Shown: piece after piece, positions 39,737 to 49,491 of the stretch
Layout: each line of letters starts with the position of its first letter
How positions within the stretch are numbered: position 1 is the stretch's first letter
DNA from: a bacterium
GTDB lineage: Bacteria > Bdellovibrionota_C > UBA2361 > CALJRW01
Length of the DNA: 64,000 nt
Assembly: GCA_031385045.1 (NCBI GenBank)
Contig: JANNBC010000024.1
Span: forward strand, 1 to 64,000
Direction: 5' to 3'
Program-made: the position numbers and the translations under genes
Notes under the pieces: generated by a model
Database searches by the model: none
What the model was told of the DNA's origin: nothing
The model's input: only the letters and a program-made list of their open reading frames with translations

Positions 39737-40192
39737 TTAGTTACTTGTGCTAGTTGGATAAGTTCGTCTAGGTTCCTCTGGGTCTTCGTCTTTCCAAACC
39801 ATTGCTAAGAATTCGGCAGTAGGTGGCACATGTTTAGGTGGTGAAGGGATGATTTCAGGGAAATTTTTAAGAACGGTAGCAAGGCTTAATAATGCTTTAC
39901 AAGTCGCCGTGTAGGAGTGGGGTGTTCCTGCATTTTGGGTGGTAAAAGTTTTGTAGCTGAAGGTATTATGTCTTAAAGGGTTAGTTGTATCTATAATTTC
40001 TTTTACTACTTCCTTTTCCCCATCATGTTCCACCCGTTTTTCAATGCCTACTTGATGGTTGGTTTGGCATCGACCATTAACCACATTAATTGATAGATTT
40101 TGGCCGTCAACTGACCGATAGATTGTAACTTCTTTTCCTTGGATTGTGGCTTTATGAGCAAGCCCATCATAGGAGGGAGCATTAAAAATCAT
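39737..40192 (-). CDS. Hypothetical protein (orphan)
   Basis: 151-aa ORF; no motif. Confidence 0.5.
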   Translation of the reverse strand: MIFNAPSYDGLAHKATIQGKEVTIYRSVDGQNLSINVVNGRCQTNHQVGIEKRVEHDGEKEVVKEIIDTTNPLRHNTFSYKTFTTQNAGTPHSYTATCKALLSLATVLKNFPEIIPSPPKHVPPTAEFLAMVWKDEDPEEPRRTYPTSTSN

Positions 40193-40335
40193 AATATTAA
40201 TAGCGAATGTCTAGAACTTTTAGAATAATATCAAAAATCAAGTGCTAAGCAATTTTTAAAAATAATTTTGAAATTTTACTTAAAAATTTCGGTATTAACT
40301 ATAGATCTAGCTTGTGTATGATAGGAAAGTGGGAG

Positions 40336-40362
40336 GTAGAGACCCTATCTTAGGGCCTCTAC
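40336..40362. repeat. GTAG-led REP-like palindrome / terminator
   Basis: GTAGAG-A-CCCTA-TCT-TAGGG-C-CTCTAC, directly after the stop of 40369..41157. Confidence 0.55.
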
Positions 40363-40368
40363 TTAAGA

Positions 40369-41157
40369 TTATTCACAAAAGTTTTCAGGTGAAATTTTAT
40401 GACCTATTCCAGCATATTCCAGGCGGCAGTTATGTTCACCACAGGTAGCTTCGCGAACTAATGACCCGTGATTAAAGTGGCCACCATCTAATCCTGAAAT
40501 AATTAGAGTACTAGTAACTTCAGAGACGCCAAAATCAGGACATTCAAAGTCATTTGTTCTGATTGCATATATTGTTTCAGAATCAAGATTTAGATAACCT
40601 TCTAGTTCCTCATGGCAGGTTGGGGCAGTAAATCCACCGATAGTAATAAGATTATTCTCGGGATTGTGATTAATGCCGATTGAGAAGCGCCCTTGTTCAA
40701 CTCCCAATCTAGATCTTAAATTACAATTATCAGAAACTAATTCCCATTCACCAAACCATGTCCCTGATAAACCTGATTCCTGATCGTCCGTAACCCCATC
40801 ATCATCACTATCTGAGTCTGTTGGGTCTTGACCATCAATAATCTCAACCCCATCATCTATTCCATCCTGATCTGAGTCAGGCTCACAGAGGCCTGTATTA
40901 GATTCATAAATATCAGGAAGTGAATCTTCATCAGAATCTTGCAGGGACGCAGATCTTTTTTCTAAAACTTTTTGAGTTTCAAGTAATGTTAATTTTCCAA
41001 ATAGTGTCTTAAGACGAGCTTGAAGACGGTTAATTTGTTTATCTATTTTGATAACAGCCGCTACTTTACTAACTTTCCCAGTTTGATTTTCTGCTGAGAC
41101 ATGGAGTGCGAAAAGTAAGCATAGTAGGATTATCAAGATTTTATGATGTATTTTCAT
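40369..41157 (-). CDS. Secreted protein with thrombospondin type-3-like acidic Ca2+-binding repeats
   Basis: Signal peptide; DSDEDSLPD, DSDQDGIDD, DSDDDGVTD; Cys-containing beta domain. Confidence 0.75.
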   Translation of the reverse strand: MKIHHKILIILLCLLFALHVSAENQTGKVSKVAAVIKIDKQINRLQARLKTLFGKLTLLETQKVLEKRSASLQDSDEDSLPDIYESNTGLCEPDSDQDGIDDGVEIIDGQDPTDSDSDDDGVTDDQESGLSGTWFGEWELVSDNCNLRSRLGVEQGRFSIGINHNPENNLITIGGFTAPTCHEELEGYLNLDSETIYAIRTNDFECPDFGVSEVTSTLIISGLDGGHFNHGSLVREATCGEHNCRLEYAGIGHKISPENFCE

Positions 41158-41184
41158 GATTTTTTATAAACAAAGTTCACTAAT

Positions 41185-41212
41185 CTTTCGGCACGAAGTA
41201 ATGCATACTTTA
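41185..41212 (-). promoter_or_regulatory. sigma28 (FliA)-like promoter
   Basis: Minus strand TAAA-N16-GCCGAAAG, ending 27 nt before the ATG at 41157. Confidence 0.55.
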
Positions 41213-41380
41213 ATCTATGATGAGAAGCTTGATATTTGAGTTTTGGATATCAGGAAATAATTATAAATAAGTACATAAAACTAATTTTTAGAGATATCAT
41301 TCTGAGAAATGGAGTAACTTATTTACCAGTATGGCTCAAAACTATGGTGAAACTTAGCTAGATTAGCTATATTTACGTAA

Positions 41381-42133
41381 GTGTTGACGGAAAAAGTAAT
41401 CTTTAATCAAAAAAACCCTATTTGGGGAGGCCTAGTGAGAATAGTACTGCTAGTCCTGCTGGGGATTTCTCTATCTTCCTGCTCAATCTTTTATACGACT
41501 GAAAGGAACTACGTCTATCAAGTAAAATTAGGAGATACTTTGGCTAGTATCGCTGCTAATTTCCAGATGGATTTTAGAGAGTTGGCTCGCTACAATGGCA
41601 TTACTAATGCTAATCAAATTATTATTGGTCAGGTTCTAGAAATACCATTAGACCCAAAGTCTCAGGGAGGTCGGGGGGTAGCCAATTCTATTCAATTTGG
41701 TAAGCCAGCGAAGTTTTTTAGGAAGAAAGGCAAAGTCAATCATAATTTACTTGCTTGGCCAATTCGAACCAACAAAGCAAGGATTAGTTCTAACTATGGG
41801 TGGCGCTGGGCTAAATTTCATGAAGGCTTAGATATTGCTGCTGAAACAGGAACTCCAATTTACGCGGCGCATTCTGGTCGAGTGATGATGAGTGGCTACC
41901 AAATTAGTGGCTATGGGAAAATGCTAATTATTCAAAAGGATAACATGCTGACTGTTTATGCTCACAATAGTACTAACTACGTTGATGTTGGTCAAAACGT
42001 TAGTGTTGGACAACACATTGGTGATGTAGGGGCGACAGGAAAAGCAACTGGCCCTCATTTACATTTTGAAATCCGTTTTCGAAATGATGATCGTAAGTTT
42101 GTATCGACTGACCCTGGTGATTATCTTCCTTAA
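41381..42133 (+). CDS. LysM + M23 peptidase lipoprotein (NlpD-like)
   Basis: Lipobox LSS|C, LysM YQVKLGDTLASIA, HEGLD, YAHNS, TGPHLHFE. Confidence 0.92.
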   Translation: MLTEKVIFNQKNPIWGGLVRIVLLVLLGISLSSCSIFYTTERNYVYQVKLGDTLASIAANFQMDFRELARYNGITNANQIIIGQVLEIPLDPKSQGGRGVANSIQFGKPAKFFRKKGKVNHNLLAWPIRTNKARISSNYGWRWAKFHEGLDIAAETGTPIYAAHSGRVMMSGYQISGYGKMLIIQKDNMLTVYAHNSTNYVDVGQNVSVGQHIGDVGATGKATGPHLHFEIRFRNDDRKFVSTDPGDYLP

Positions 42134-42161
42134 TAATATTCTAGTAGAAACTTTTTAAGAG

Positions 42162-44123
42162 TTAACTTGTACTTAATATCCTTGTTCTAATTTCTAGAGC
42201 GGTAAGATCAAACGGATGCTTTTCTAATATTTCATTTGCTATTTTTAATGCTTCTTGTTTTTGATTTATTAAGAGATAAGTTAAGGCCAGATTATAGCGT
42301 GCTTTAAGTGTTCCTGGGCTGGAAGCAATGGCTAGTTCACTATTTTCAATCGCAAGTTTTGACTCTCCAGTATTTAAATAGATTAGAGCTAAAGCATTGT
42401 AAATTTCCACTGGATTATTAGTTGCTGGTAGTATGTCATTTAGAATCTGAATTGCTCTAGGAAATGATTTTTTGTGAATTAGAAAGATTGCTTCCCGGTA
42501 ACGCATCTTGAAGTGGCTTTGGAAAAAGCTTTGATTTTGAAGATAAAGAAGCTCGCCTTTTTGAAGGATTTCATCTCGCTCTGCTGGACTCACAACTTCC
42601 AGTAAGGAGTTAATTAAGTCAGCTTGTTTTTGTAACTTAATTTGATGCTCGGCCTCATCAGTAAAAGTCATTGCTGGAATTAATTGAGCAAGATTCGCAC
42701 GCAATAAATTCCTAGTTTTTAAGTCTTTAATTTGATCTAATGCCCCATTATAGTAAGGATCAATCTTAAGAGCTCGTTGTAGATTTGCTTCGATTAGAGG
42801 TAGGAGAGATTGATTGTGAGATTTTTGATAGGCCCGGTCGTAAGCTAAGCTTAGGAAACTATATAGTGCTGGGCTTTTAGGATTCTCAGTGATTGACTGA
42901 GTTATTCGACTAACAGAATGACGCCAAGAATATAACTCTTCTGAAGTTTTGAGACCAAGTAGCAGTAAAATTAAGACTCCCAAAAATACAATTATTTTTT
43001 TTGGCAAATAATCTAATTTTGATGCGATTGTTAGTATAATCAGTATTAATCCGACCTGAGGTAAGTACATCCAGCGATTGGCATTAACCTCAATTCCAAT
43101 TTGTTTAAATTGTATAAAAAGAGTAATTCCAATTCCAAACCAGAGCAGGCCGAGCGCCAGCAAGTTTTCTTTTTTGAGGTAGCAAAAAATTAGTCCAAAA
43201 ATAAACACTGCTGTAAAGCCAAGATTAATAACTAGATCAGAATTTCCCCAATCAAAATTTTGATAAAAAAATCCGACTGAATTTGGATAGAAAAAATGTA
43301 GCAAGTATCTTCCAAAGTAGTAAGAACCAATAGTTAAATTTTGACTAAGATTAATATTAGAGGCACTACTAACAAAGCGTTCATCATCTACTTGAGCATA
43401 GAAAGAGATAAGTCCAATAATTACGGAGCAAATTAATAAAGGTAATGTCTCAGTTAGTTGCCATTTATTCTTAATGTAAGAATTTGATTTAGAAGCTAGA
43501 AGCTCTATTGCAATTAAGATAATTGGGATTGGAATTAAGCTTGGTTTAGTAAGTATACCTATTAGAAAAGTGAAACAGATTAAGAGATACTTAAAAATTG
43601 TTCGATTTTCACGATATTGAAGATAGAGCAGTATTGTCAGCAATCCAAAAAAGCCACTTAGTAAATCCTTTTTACTCGCCAGCCAACTAATAGGCTCTAC
43701 TTGTAGTGGATGTAATGAAAAAATTAATGTACCAAAAATTACTAACCAAAAGCTTTGAAAAAATCTTTTAAAGATCAAAAAAACTAAGCAAGTATTCATG
43801 GCATGGATTATAATTTGTTGCCAGTGACGAGGTGTCGGATCATCAGCAAAGATTTGATAATCCAAGATATGAGTTAATATTAAGAAGGGTGAATAGTTAG
43901 CAAAGTAAATATTGGTAAGCACCCATTTAATTTCATTCCAAGTGACTTGAACAATGTTTATTGGCCAAGAATTAGTATACATGGAATCATCAAGGACAAA
44001 GTACCCAAATTTTGTTGTTGGTAGGTAAAAGAAAATTGTAAATATTATGAGAGAGAACAGAGTGACCAAATGAAGAGAGGTTTTATTTGTATTCTGTAAA
44101 AATTTGTTCAGTACATTAACCAT
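42162..44123 (-). CDS. TMTC-like GT-C membrane protein with C-terminal TPR repeats
   Basis: FVLDD acidic motif, HPLQVEPISW, KKDLL, NRWMYLP, C-terminal TPRs. Confidence 0.8.
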   Translation of the reverse strand: MVNVLNKFLQNTNKTSLHLVTLFSLIIFTIFFYLPTTKFGYFVLDDSMYTNSWPINIVQVTWNEIKWVLTNIYFANYSPFLILTHILDYQIFADDPTPRHWQQIIIHAMNTCLVFLIFKRFFQSFWLVIFGTLIFSLHPLQVEPISWLASKKDLLSGFFGLLTILLYLQYRENRTIFKYLLICFTFLIGILTKPSLIPIPIILIAIELLASKSNSYIKNKWQLTETLPLLICSVIIGLISFYAQVDDERFVSSASNINLSQNLTIGSYYFGRYLLHFFYPNSVGFFYQNFDWGNSDLVINLGFTAVFIFGLIFCYLKKENLLALGLLWFGIGITLFIQFKQIGIEVNANRWMYLPQVGLILIILTIASKLDYLPKKIIVFLGVLILLLLGLKTSEELYSWRHSVSRITQSITENPKSPALYSFLSLAYDRAYQKSHNQSLLPLIEANLQRALKIDPYYNGALDQIKDLKTRNLLRANLAQLIPAMTFTDEAEHQIKLQKQADLINSLLEVVSPAERDEILQKGELLYLQNQSFFQSHFKMRYREAIFLIHKKSFPRAIQILNDILPATNNPVEIYNALALIYLNTGESKLAIENSELAIASSPGTLKARYNLALTYLLINQKQEALKIANEILEKHPFDLTALEIRTRILSTS

Positions 44124-44164
44124 AAATTTGTAGGTCCTTAGCAGAATCTGCTATTTGCAGGTTG

Positions 44165-44232
44165 AATATAGCAAACCCAAGAATGAATTTCCGAAAAACA
44201 TTTTCGGAAATTCATGTTGTTTTTACTATATT
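44165..44232. repeat. TA-bounded hairpin element (MITE-like)
   Basis: AATATAG...CTATATT ends; perfect 15-bp core ATGAATTTCCGAAAA-ACA-TTTTCGGAAATTCAT (44183-44215). Confidence 0.7.
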
Positions 44233-44273
44233 TGTTGTTTTTAGGCATTCAAACCTGACTTTAGCCAGGATTT

Positions 44274-44335
44274 GAAAAGCCCGAGTCCAAAAAATAATTT
44301 CCTTAACGAAAATTATTTTTTGGACTCTCTATATT
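44274..44335. repeat. Dispersed palindromic repeat, copy 1
   Basis: Perfect 18-bp IR GAGTCCAAAAAATAATTT (44283-44300) / AAATTATTTTTTGGACTC (44310-44327), followed by TCTATATT; related to 56237-56317. Confidence 0.8.
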
Positions 44336-44491
44336 AGTAAAATCACTTATCATTATACAATAATTTAGCTAAGGGAATACTAAAACTCCTATAGACTTGC
44401 TAGTGATCGACAACAAACTGTTACTATGTTAATGCTGATTAAGGTATACTGTAATTATTTTCAAGGAATTGATGATCAGCATCAAAATCTT

Positions 44492-44565
44492 GTCCTCGTA
44501 GCTCAGCTGGATAGAGCACTAGTTTCCTAAACTGGGGGTCGCACGTTCAAGTCGTGTCGGGGACA
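44492..44565 (+). tRNA. tRNA-Arg (anticodon CCT); CCA end not encoded
   Basis: GTCCTCG/CGGGGAC acceptor stem, GCTC/GAGC D arm, CTAGT-ttCCTaa-ACTGG anticodon arm, GCACG-TTCAAGT-CGTGT T arm. Confidence 0.95.
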
Positions 44566-44923
44566 CACTATTACTTGTTTTATAAAACTTCTTTCCCTTT
44601 CAAACTTTAAGCAAGTAAGAAGTCTCCCCCATATTTAATATAGAATAAATCCTCTTTGATTTAGTCATAAACGAATATTTCAAGTCTTTATCTGTTATTG
44701 AGATATTTCTCAATAAAATCAATTACTAAATTAGCTTTATTTTTAACTTTTTCATTAATTTAACTTTAGTAGAAAAGAATTAAATCAGTTGTACAATTCG
44801 TATATACTAAAACCCAATAGGTGTTAGATGTTTTAATTCCTTAGCTTTGGAAATCGAGGATTGTCGAGTTCCATTAATTTACCTATTATCTACAAATAGT
44901 TTATAAACTTTTTAAGTTACAGT

Positions 44924-45463
44924 ATGCGCACCATTACTAAAATCTTCCTATCATTTTTATTTATTCCATTATTGGCCATTAATTTAATTGCAGAAGAAGC
45001 AAAAGAAGAATGTCATATTGATTGGCCTAGAGGTTGGAAAGTAACACCAATGCCACAATTCACAGATCAGAATAATAAAGATTTTGGTGGTAAGCGTGTA
45101 CGAGCGTTTTTAAATAATGGGGAAGAATTAAAAGTTGCCATTGAGTATGCCTGTGTTCCGCTAAATGGTCGAAAGTTAAGCTTAGAAGGTGAGTTTGAAG
45201 CTGCGGCAAAAGCAATCCAAGCTGGTTATCAAAAAATGGGTTTAAAGGCGGAGTTTAGCCCTGTACAAAAAAATGTACTTAACCAAACGGCAACTAATGA
45301 AGCAGAAATTACTGTAGTTGCGCCGGAAACAAAATTACACCAATCATTATTGATAGCTGTTGATCAGACCCATCTTTACTCTTTAAGTTATACCGGAGTT
45401 GAGGCCGAATTTCAAAGTAACTTAAAAACTTATCAGGAAGTGCGTGCTAGTCTAGGGAAATAG
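44924..45463 (+). CDS. Exported PsbP/DcrB-like fold hypothetical protein
   Basis: Signal peptide; IDWPRGWK; LYSLSYT...F..V..S C-terminal pattern. Confidence 0.6.
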   Translation: MRTITKIFLSFLFIPLLAINLIAEEAKEECHIDWPRGWKVTPMPQFTDQNNKDFGGKRVRAFLNNGEELKVAIEYACVPLNGRKLSLEGEFEAAAKAIQAGYQKMGLKAEFSPVQKNVLNQTATNEAEITVVAPETKLHQSLLIAVDQTHLYSLSYTGVEAEFQSNLKTYQEVRASLGK

Positions 45464-45478
45464 TTGTTTAAAAATAAT

Positions 45479-45859
45479 TTAATTTTTAGCAGGTGACTGA
45501 TCAAACCAGACTTTGTTCTGGGTTAGCGGATTCCCGTTATAATTAACTAGTATTTCTTCGCCCTGCTTAATATTTTTAATTGCAGTAAAAATAATTTGTT
45601 TACTCGGGTATTTTGTTTTATAACGCGCATTTGGTTGATAGGAGTGGTTATAGATTGACCCATATCCAAGGGCCAGTCCGCCCCCTTCATCTTTCCAACT
45701 AAAATAATAGTTATACAGTTCTGTTGGATCAATAATCTTTGTGTCTTTTTTATCAAGTATGATGACTGGACAAATTTCCAAGATTTCACCTTTGGTAATA
45801 TCTTTTAGGGCAAAAACTCCTCTTTGATGAAGCTTACTTTTTTTAACTGTAATTTTCAT
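45479..45859 (-). CDS. SET-domain protein (putative protein-lysine methyltransferase)
   Basis: RGVFA, GYGSIYNHSYQPNA, IKQGEEILVNY. Confidence 0.92.
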   Translation of the reverse strand: MKITVKKSKLHQRGVFALKDITKGEILEICPVIILDKKDTKIIDPTELYNYYFSWKDEGGGLALGYGSIYNHSYQPNARYKTKYPSKQIIFTAIKNIKQGEEILVNYNGNPLTQNKVWFDQSPAKN

Positions 45860-46019
45860 GGTTATATAACTTTAAAAATTTATCTCAGTTTACCTTGAAA
45901 ATCTAGGATCACCTAAAGATTAATAGTAAGATAGTTCATCATTAATGCATAAATAATGATCTAGTCCAAAATCGATCCTTTCCATGGACATTCTAAACCT
46001 CAAAAGGTAAAACTAGTCT

Positions 46020-47387
46020 ATGACTTATTCCATATTTTTTGACTTAGAAACTAGTGACCTTAATTTCATGGGGCAAATTCTTAATTTTAGTTTTATTGTG
46101 GTTGATTCGGAATGGAATATTGTTGACGAGTTAAATGGGGAAATAAAACTAAGTCGTTTGCAATTACCACGAGCGCGAGCAATTCTGGCAAATCAGATTA
46201 ATGTTTTGGAGCATCAGCAACGGGCCAAGTATACCGAGGCCACTGCCATGAGTCGAATAGTTGAGTTTTTGCAAGATTGCTTAGATAACTCGGGAGTCAG
46301 CACGGGGCAATTAATTGGTTACAATTCAGGAAGTTTTGATTTGCCATATTTGCGGACAAGTTTAATTCGAAATGGTTACAACCCTTACTTTAAGATTCAG
46401 AATCGAGACTTGTTGTTAGTAGCTCAAAAATTATGGATTAGTTATCCTGAATTTAGAAAGAAAATTATTGATTATGCGGATCAAAACTCGCTGCCAGCAA
46501 ATCTTAAACTAGAAACACTTTGTAAGGCGCATAATTTGTTAGAAGGAAAACAGTCCCATGAAAGTCGGGAAGATGTAATTTTAACAATCGAATTGGCAAA
46601 AACTTTTTTACAACTTTATGGTTTAGATGTGCGGACATTTGATCCTTATGAAGGACGCTCACTTCATCGTATGCCTCGCGGATCGGTTTTTTCTGTAGCG
46701 ACAGGAATTTATAAGTTAGAAACACAAATTAGTCATTTTACTTTACTGCAAGCTGAGCCGAAAAGTGCTTTATGGATTGATCTAGATAAATTTAAGGAGT
46801 GCCAAGAGCAAGGCCTTGAGCTCAAATCAGCAGTTCGTTGGATTAAGTTTGAAGGAAAAATCTTTGTGACAGATGGACAAGAGGTTCATGATGCCACGTA
46901 TCACGAGCTTGCAAAGCAAGCATTAGTGGCGCTAAAAGATTTACAGATCAGTAATTTCTTTGAAGAGACAACATGCGATATCGAACAATTTATTTATCGA
47001 ATTCCCTTTAATAGTTTCCCAATGCTGGCCAAATTTATGCAAGACCCCAAGGGTTCTGCTCAACTAAGTGCTGATGAGAAGGAATTAGTTAAACGGTATC
47101 GCCTAGCAAATTATCAGCTTGGTTCAGGGGATGATCAAAAAATAAGTCAGGCCTTAAAAGAATATGCCGAATATCGTTACTTAGGACGTGCCCAGCTGGC
47201 CAATACTTCTAAGTCTACTTGGGAAGATTCAGAACATCGTAAAGATTTTCATCCAACATTGATTGAATTAATTGCTGAGATCGATCAGGTAGCTAATGAA
47301 AGCGCCGAGAATCTGCCTTTAATGGAAGCACTAGGTAAGTTTTATCGGGGGTCAGAAATTTTTCAACAGTTACTTGATAAAGACTAA
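46020..47387 (+). CDS. DEDDh 3'-5' exonuclease, exonuclease I (SbcB)-like
   Basis: FFDLETSD, GYNSGSFD, HESREDV; C-terminal DIEQFIY and RYRLANY resemble SbcB. Confidence 0.75.
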   Translation: MTYSIFFDLETSDLNFMGQILNFSFIVVDSEWNIVDELNGEIKLSRLQLPRARAILANQINVLEHQQRAKYTEATAMSRIVEFLQDCLDNSGVSTGQLIGYNSGSFDLPYLRTSLIRNGYNPYFKIQNRDLLLVAQKLWISYPEFRKKIIDYADQNSLPANLKLETLCKAHNLLEGKQSHESREDVILTIELAKTFLQLYGLDVRTFDPYEGRSLHRMPRGSVFSVATGIYKLETQISHFTLLQAEPKSALWIDLDKFKECQEQGLELKSAVRWIKFEGKIFVTDGQEVHDATYHELAKQALVALKDLQISNFFEETTCDIEQFIYRIPFNSFPMLAKFMQDPKGSAQLSADEKELVKRYRLANYQLGSGDDQKISQALKEYAEYRYLGRAQLANTSKSTWEDSEHRKDFHPTLIELIAEIDQVANESAENLPLMEALGKFYRGSEIFQQLLDKD

Positions 47388-47394
47388 GCTCTAA

Positions 47395-49392
47395 CTAAAG
47401 TAATAGATATTTATCTAAGGCTTGAATCTTATCAATTGCACCAAAAACATAGAGAATGTCATCTGGAAAGATCATTTCTTCGGCAGTGATTTGAGTAATA
47501 AATTCTCTTCCGCGTTTAATTGCTAAAATATTAATTTCAAATTCTTGTCGCAGGTTGCTTTCAGCAATTGATTTTCCAACAATCCGGTTATTCCCTTGCT
47601 GCACTGTAAGTGTAGAAATTTCCATGTTTGGCAAATGTAGAACTGGTGTGATCTGCTTTGTTGGTAGCCGAAAAAGTTCATAGTTCTGAGATCTGATTTG
47701 TTGAGTAAATAATTGAATCTCATCATTAGGAATTAGATACTTTTTAAGTACGCGGTTAAATATTTCAATTGATGTTTCAAATTCTTCAGGGATAATTTCA
47801 TCAGCGCCTAATTGAAGAGTCTCAGGGATTTCTTTAATAAAACGAGTCCGAACAATTAAATAGGCATTGTGAGTTAGTGAGCGGACTTTAGTAATAATTA
47901 GTTTAGTTGCTAGTGGATCGGAGATTGCGATTACTACAACGCGAGCTTCTGAGACATGTAAGTGTTGTAAGATAGTTTCGTGAGTTGCATCTCCAAAGAA
48001 AATTGGCTCACCTTCTTTTTTAGCTTCTTCTATTGAATCGGGATTTAGTTCGACAATTACATAGGAAATACCCGCTTGTTTGGCAGCCTTAGCTAAGTTT
48101 TGTCCATTAATCCCATAGCCAATAATTACTAAGTGATCTTTTAACTGCTGACCAGTTTGGTCTTTTACTTCTGTTAATTGCCTTTTTTTATTAATAGCAT
48201 TGAGGCGTTCCCGGACACGTTCTGGCAGAGTTCTTTGTAGTAGCCAATTAGAAATTCTACTGGCAGAGCTAATCACAAAAGGAGTCATGGCCATTGTGAC
48301 AATACAAATTGCTAGAAAATATTGATAAACTTCTCTTGTTAAAACGTGATACTGCATACCAGTAGCAGAAAGAATAAAAGCAAATTCTCCTACTTGAAAG
48401 AGCATTAAAGTGGACATGATAATTGTTCTGGCATGGTAGCGCAGGATTGCTACGGTTAGGGCGAGAATTAAACATTTTATGAGAATTACTCCGAGAGTAA
48501 AAATCAAGATTGCTGGTAAGTGTTGAATCACAAATGACAAATCAAGGAGCATTCCAATCGAGACAAAGAAAAAGCTTACAAAGATTTCCCGAAAAGGCAG
48601 AACAATTGCTGTCGCTTGATGGTGATAATCAGACTCTGAAATTACTAGGCCAGCAAAAAAAGCGCCAAGGGCTAGGGATAGTCCGACTGATGATGTTAGC
48701 CAAGCAGTTGCAAAGCAAAGGACTAAGATTGTCATCATGAAAAGTTCATTACTTCTTGTTTTAACAACCTGTGTTAAAAGGTAAGGAACGACATAGCGGG
48801 CAAGTATAATAATTATCCCTAAGACCAAAGCAAACTTTAGGACCATCAAAAACAAGGTCATCGGTATGTTATTTGCTTGTCCAGCAAGGATTGGGGTTAA
48901 GAGCATCATTGGGACAACAATAATGTCCTGAAAAATTAAGATACCGACGGCTACGCGTCCGTGGGGTGAGGTAATCTCACCATTGCGATGCAAGACTTTA
49001 AGAACAATTGCGGTACTGCTAAGCGATAAGAGAAACCCAATAAAGATGGCCTGATTCCAAGCTAGTCCTAGGGTATAACTAATTAAGGCTGTTAATAAGA
49101 TTGTACCACCTACTTGTAAGATTCCACCGCCAATTACAGTTTTGCGAATTGCAACTAAACTTTTTAAGGAAAACTCAATACCGATGACAAATAGTAAAAA
49201 GATCACTCCGATTTCTGCTAATAATTCTACTTCATGGGTTGCTTGAATAAAACCTAGAGCGGATGGTCCGATTAAAGCCCCAGTCATTAAAAATCCTAAA
49301 ATTGCTGGAAGTTTTAACTTTTGAAAAACTAAGATCGTAAAAACGGAACAAGCTAGAATAATAACAATCTCAGAGAGAAGTGGGATGCCCAT
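47395..49392 (-). CDS. CPA2 cation:proton antiporter (KefC-like) with TrkA_N and TrkA_C domains
   Basis: LAEIGVIFLLFVIGIE, SLSSTAIV, LIFQD, GYGING, FGDAT. Confidence 0.92.
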   Translation of the reverse strand: MGIPLLSEIVIILACSVFTILVFQKLKLPAILGFLMTGALIGPSALGFIQATHEVELLAEIGVIFLLFVIGIEFSLKSLVAIRKTVIGGGILQVGGTILLTALISYTLGLAWNQAIFIGFLLSLSSTAIVLKVLHRNGEITSPHGRVAVGILIFQDIIVVPMMLLTPILAGQANNIPMTLFLMVLKFALVLGIIIILARYVVPYLLTQVVKTRSNELFMMTILVLCFATAWLTSSVGLSLALGAFFAGLVISESDYHHQATAIVLPFREIFVSFFFVSIGMLLDLSFVIQHLPAILIFTLGVILIKCLILALTVAILRYHARTIIMSTLMLFQVGEFAFILSATGMQYHVLTREVYQYFLAICIVTMAMTPFVISSASRISNWLLQRTLPERVRERLNAINKKRQLTEVKDQTGQQLKDHLVIIGYGINGQNLAKAAKQAGISYVIVELNPDSIEEAKKEGEPIFFGDATHETILQHLHVSEARVVVIAISDPLATKLIITKVRSLTHNAYLIVRTRFIKEIPETLQLGADEIIPEEFETSIEIFNRVLKKYLIPNDEIQLFTQQIRSQNYELFRLPTKQITPVLHLPNMEISTLTVQQGNNRIVGKSIAESNLRQEFEINILAIKRGREFITQITAEEMIFPDDILYVFGAIDKIQALDKYLLL

Positions 49393-49491
49393 GATGCAGT
49401 AGGTTGGTGTTTTGATATAATTAAGAAGTATTATGAATATAACGGATGTTTGAAGGATTGCCCAGACCTATCAAGTATTTTTAGTGATTCT

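Noticed and set aside
44492..44565. tRNA as the attachment site of an active integrative element
   Set aside because: No integrase and no duplicated tRNA 3' end were seen in the window
45904..45915. TAGGATCACCTA upstream of the ExoI-like gene as another LexA box
   Set aside because: Its spacing is one base shorter than the two lexA-promoter boxes; too weak without genome-wide statistics
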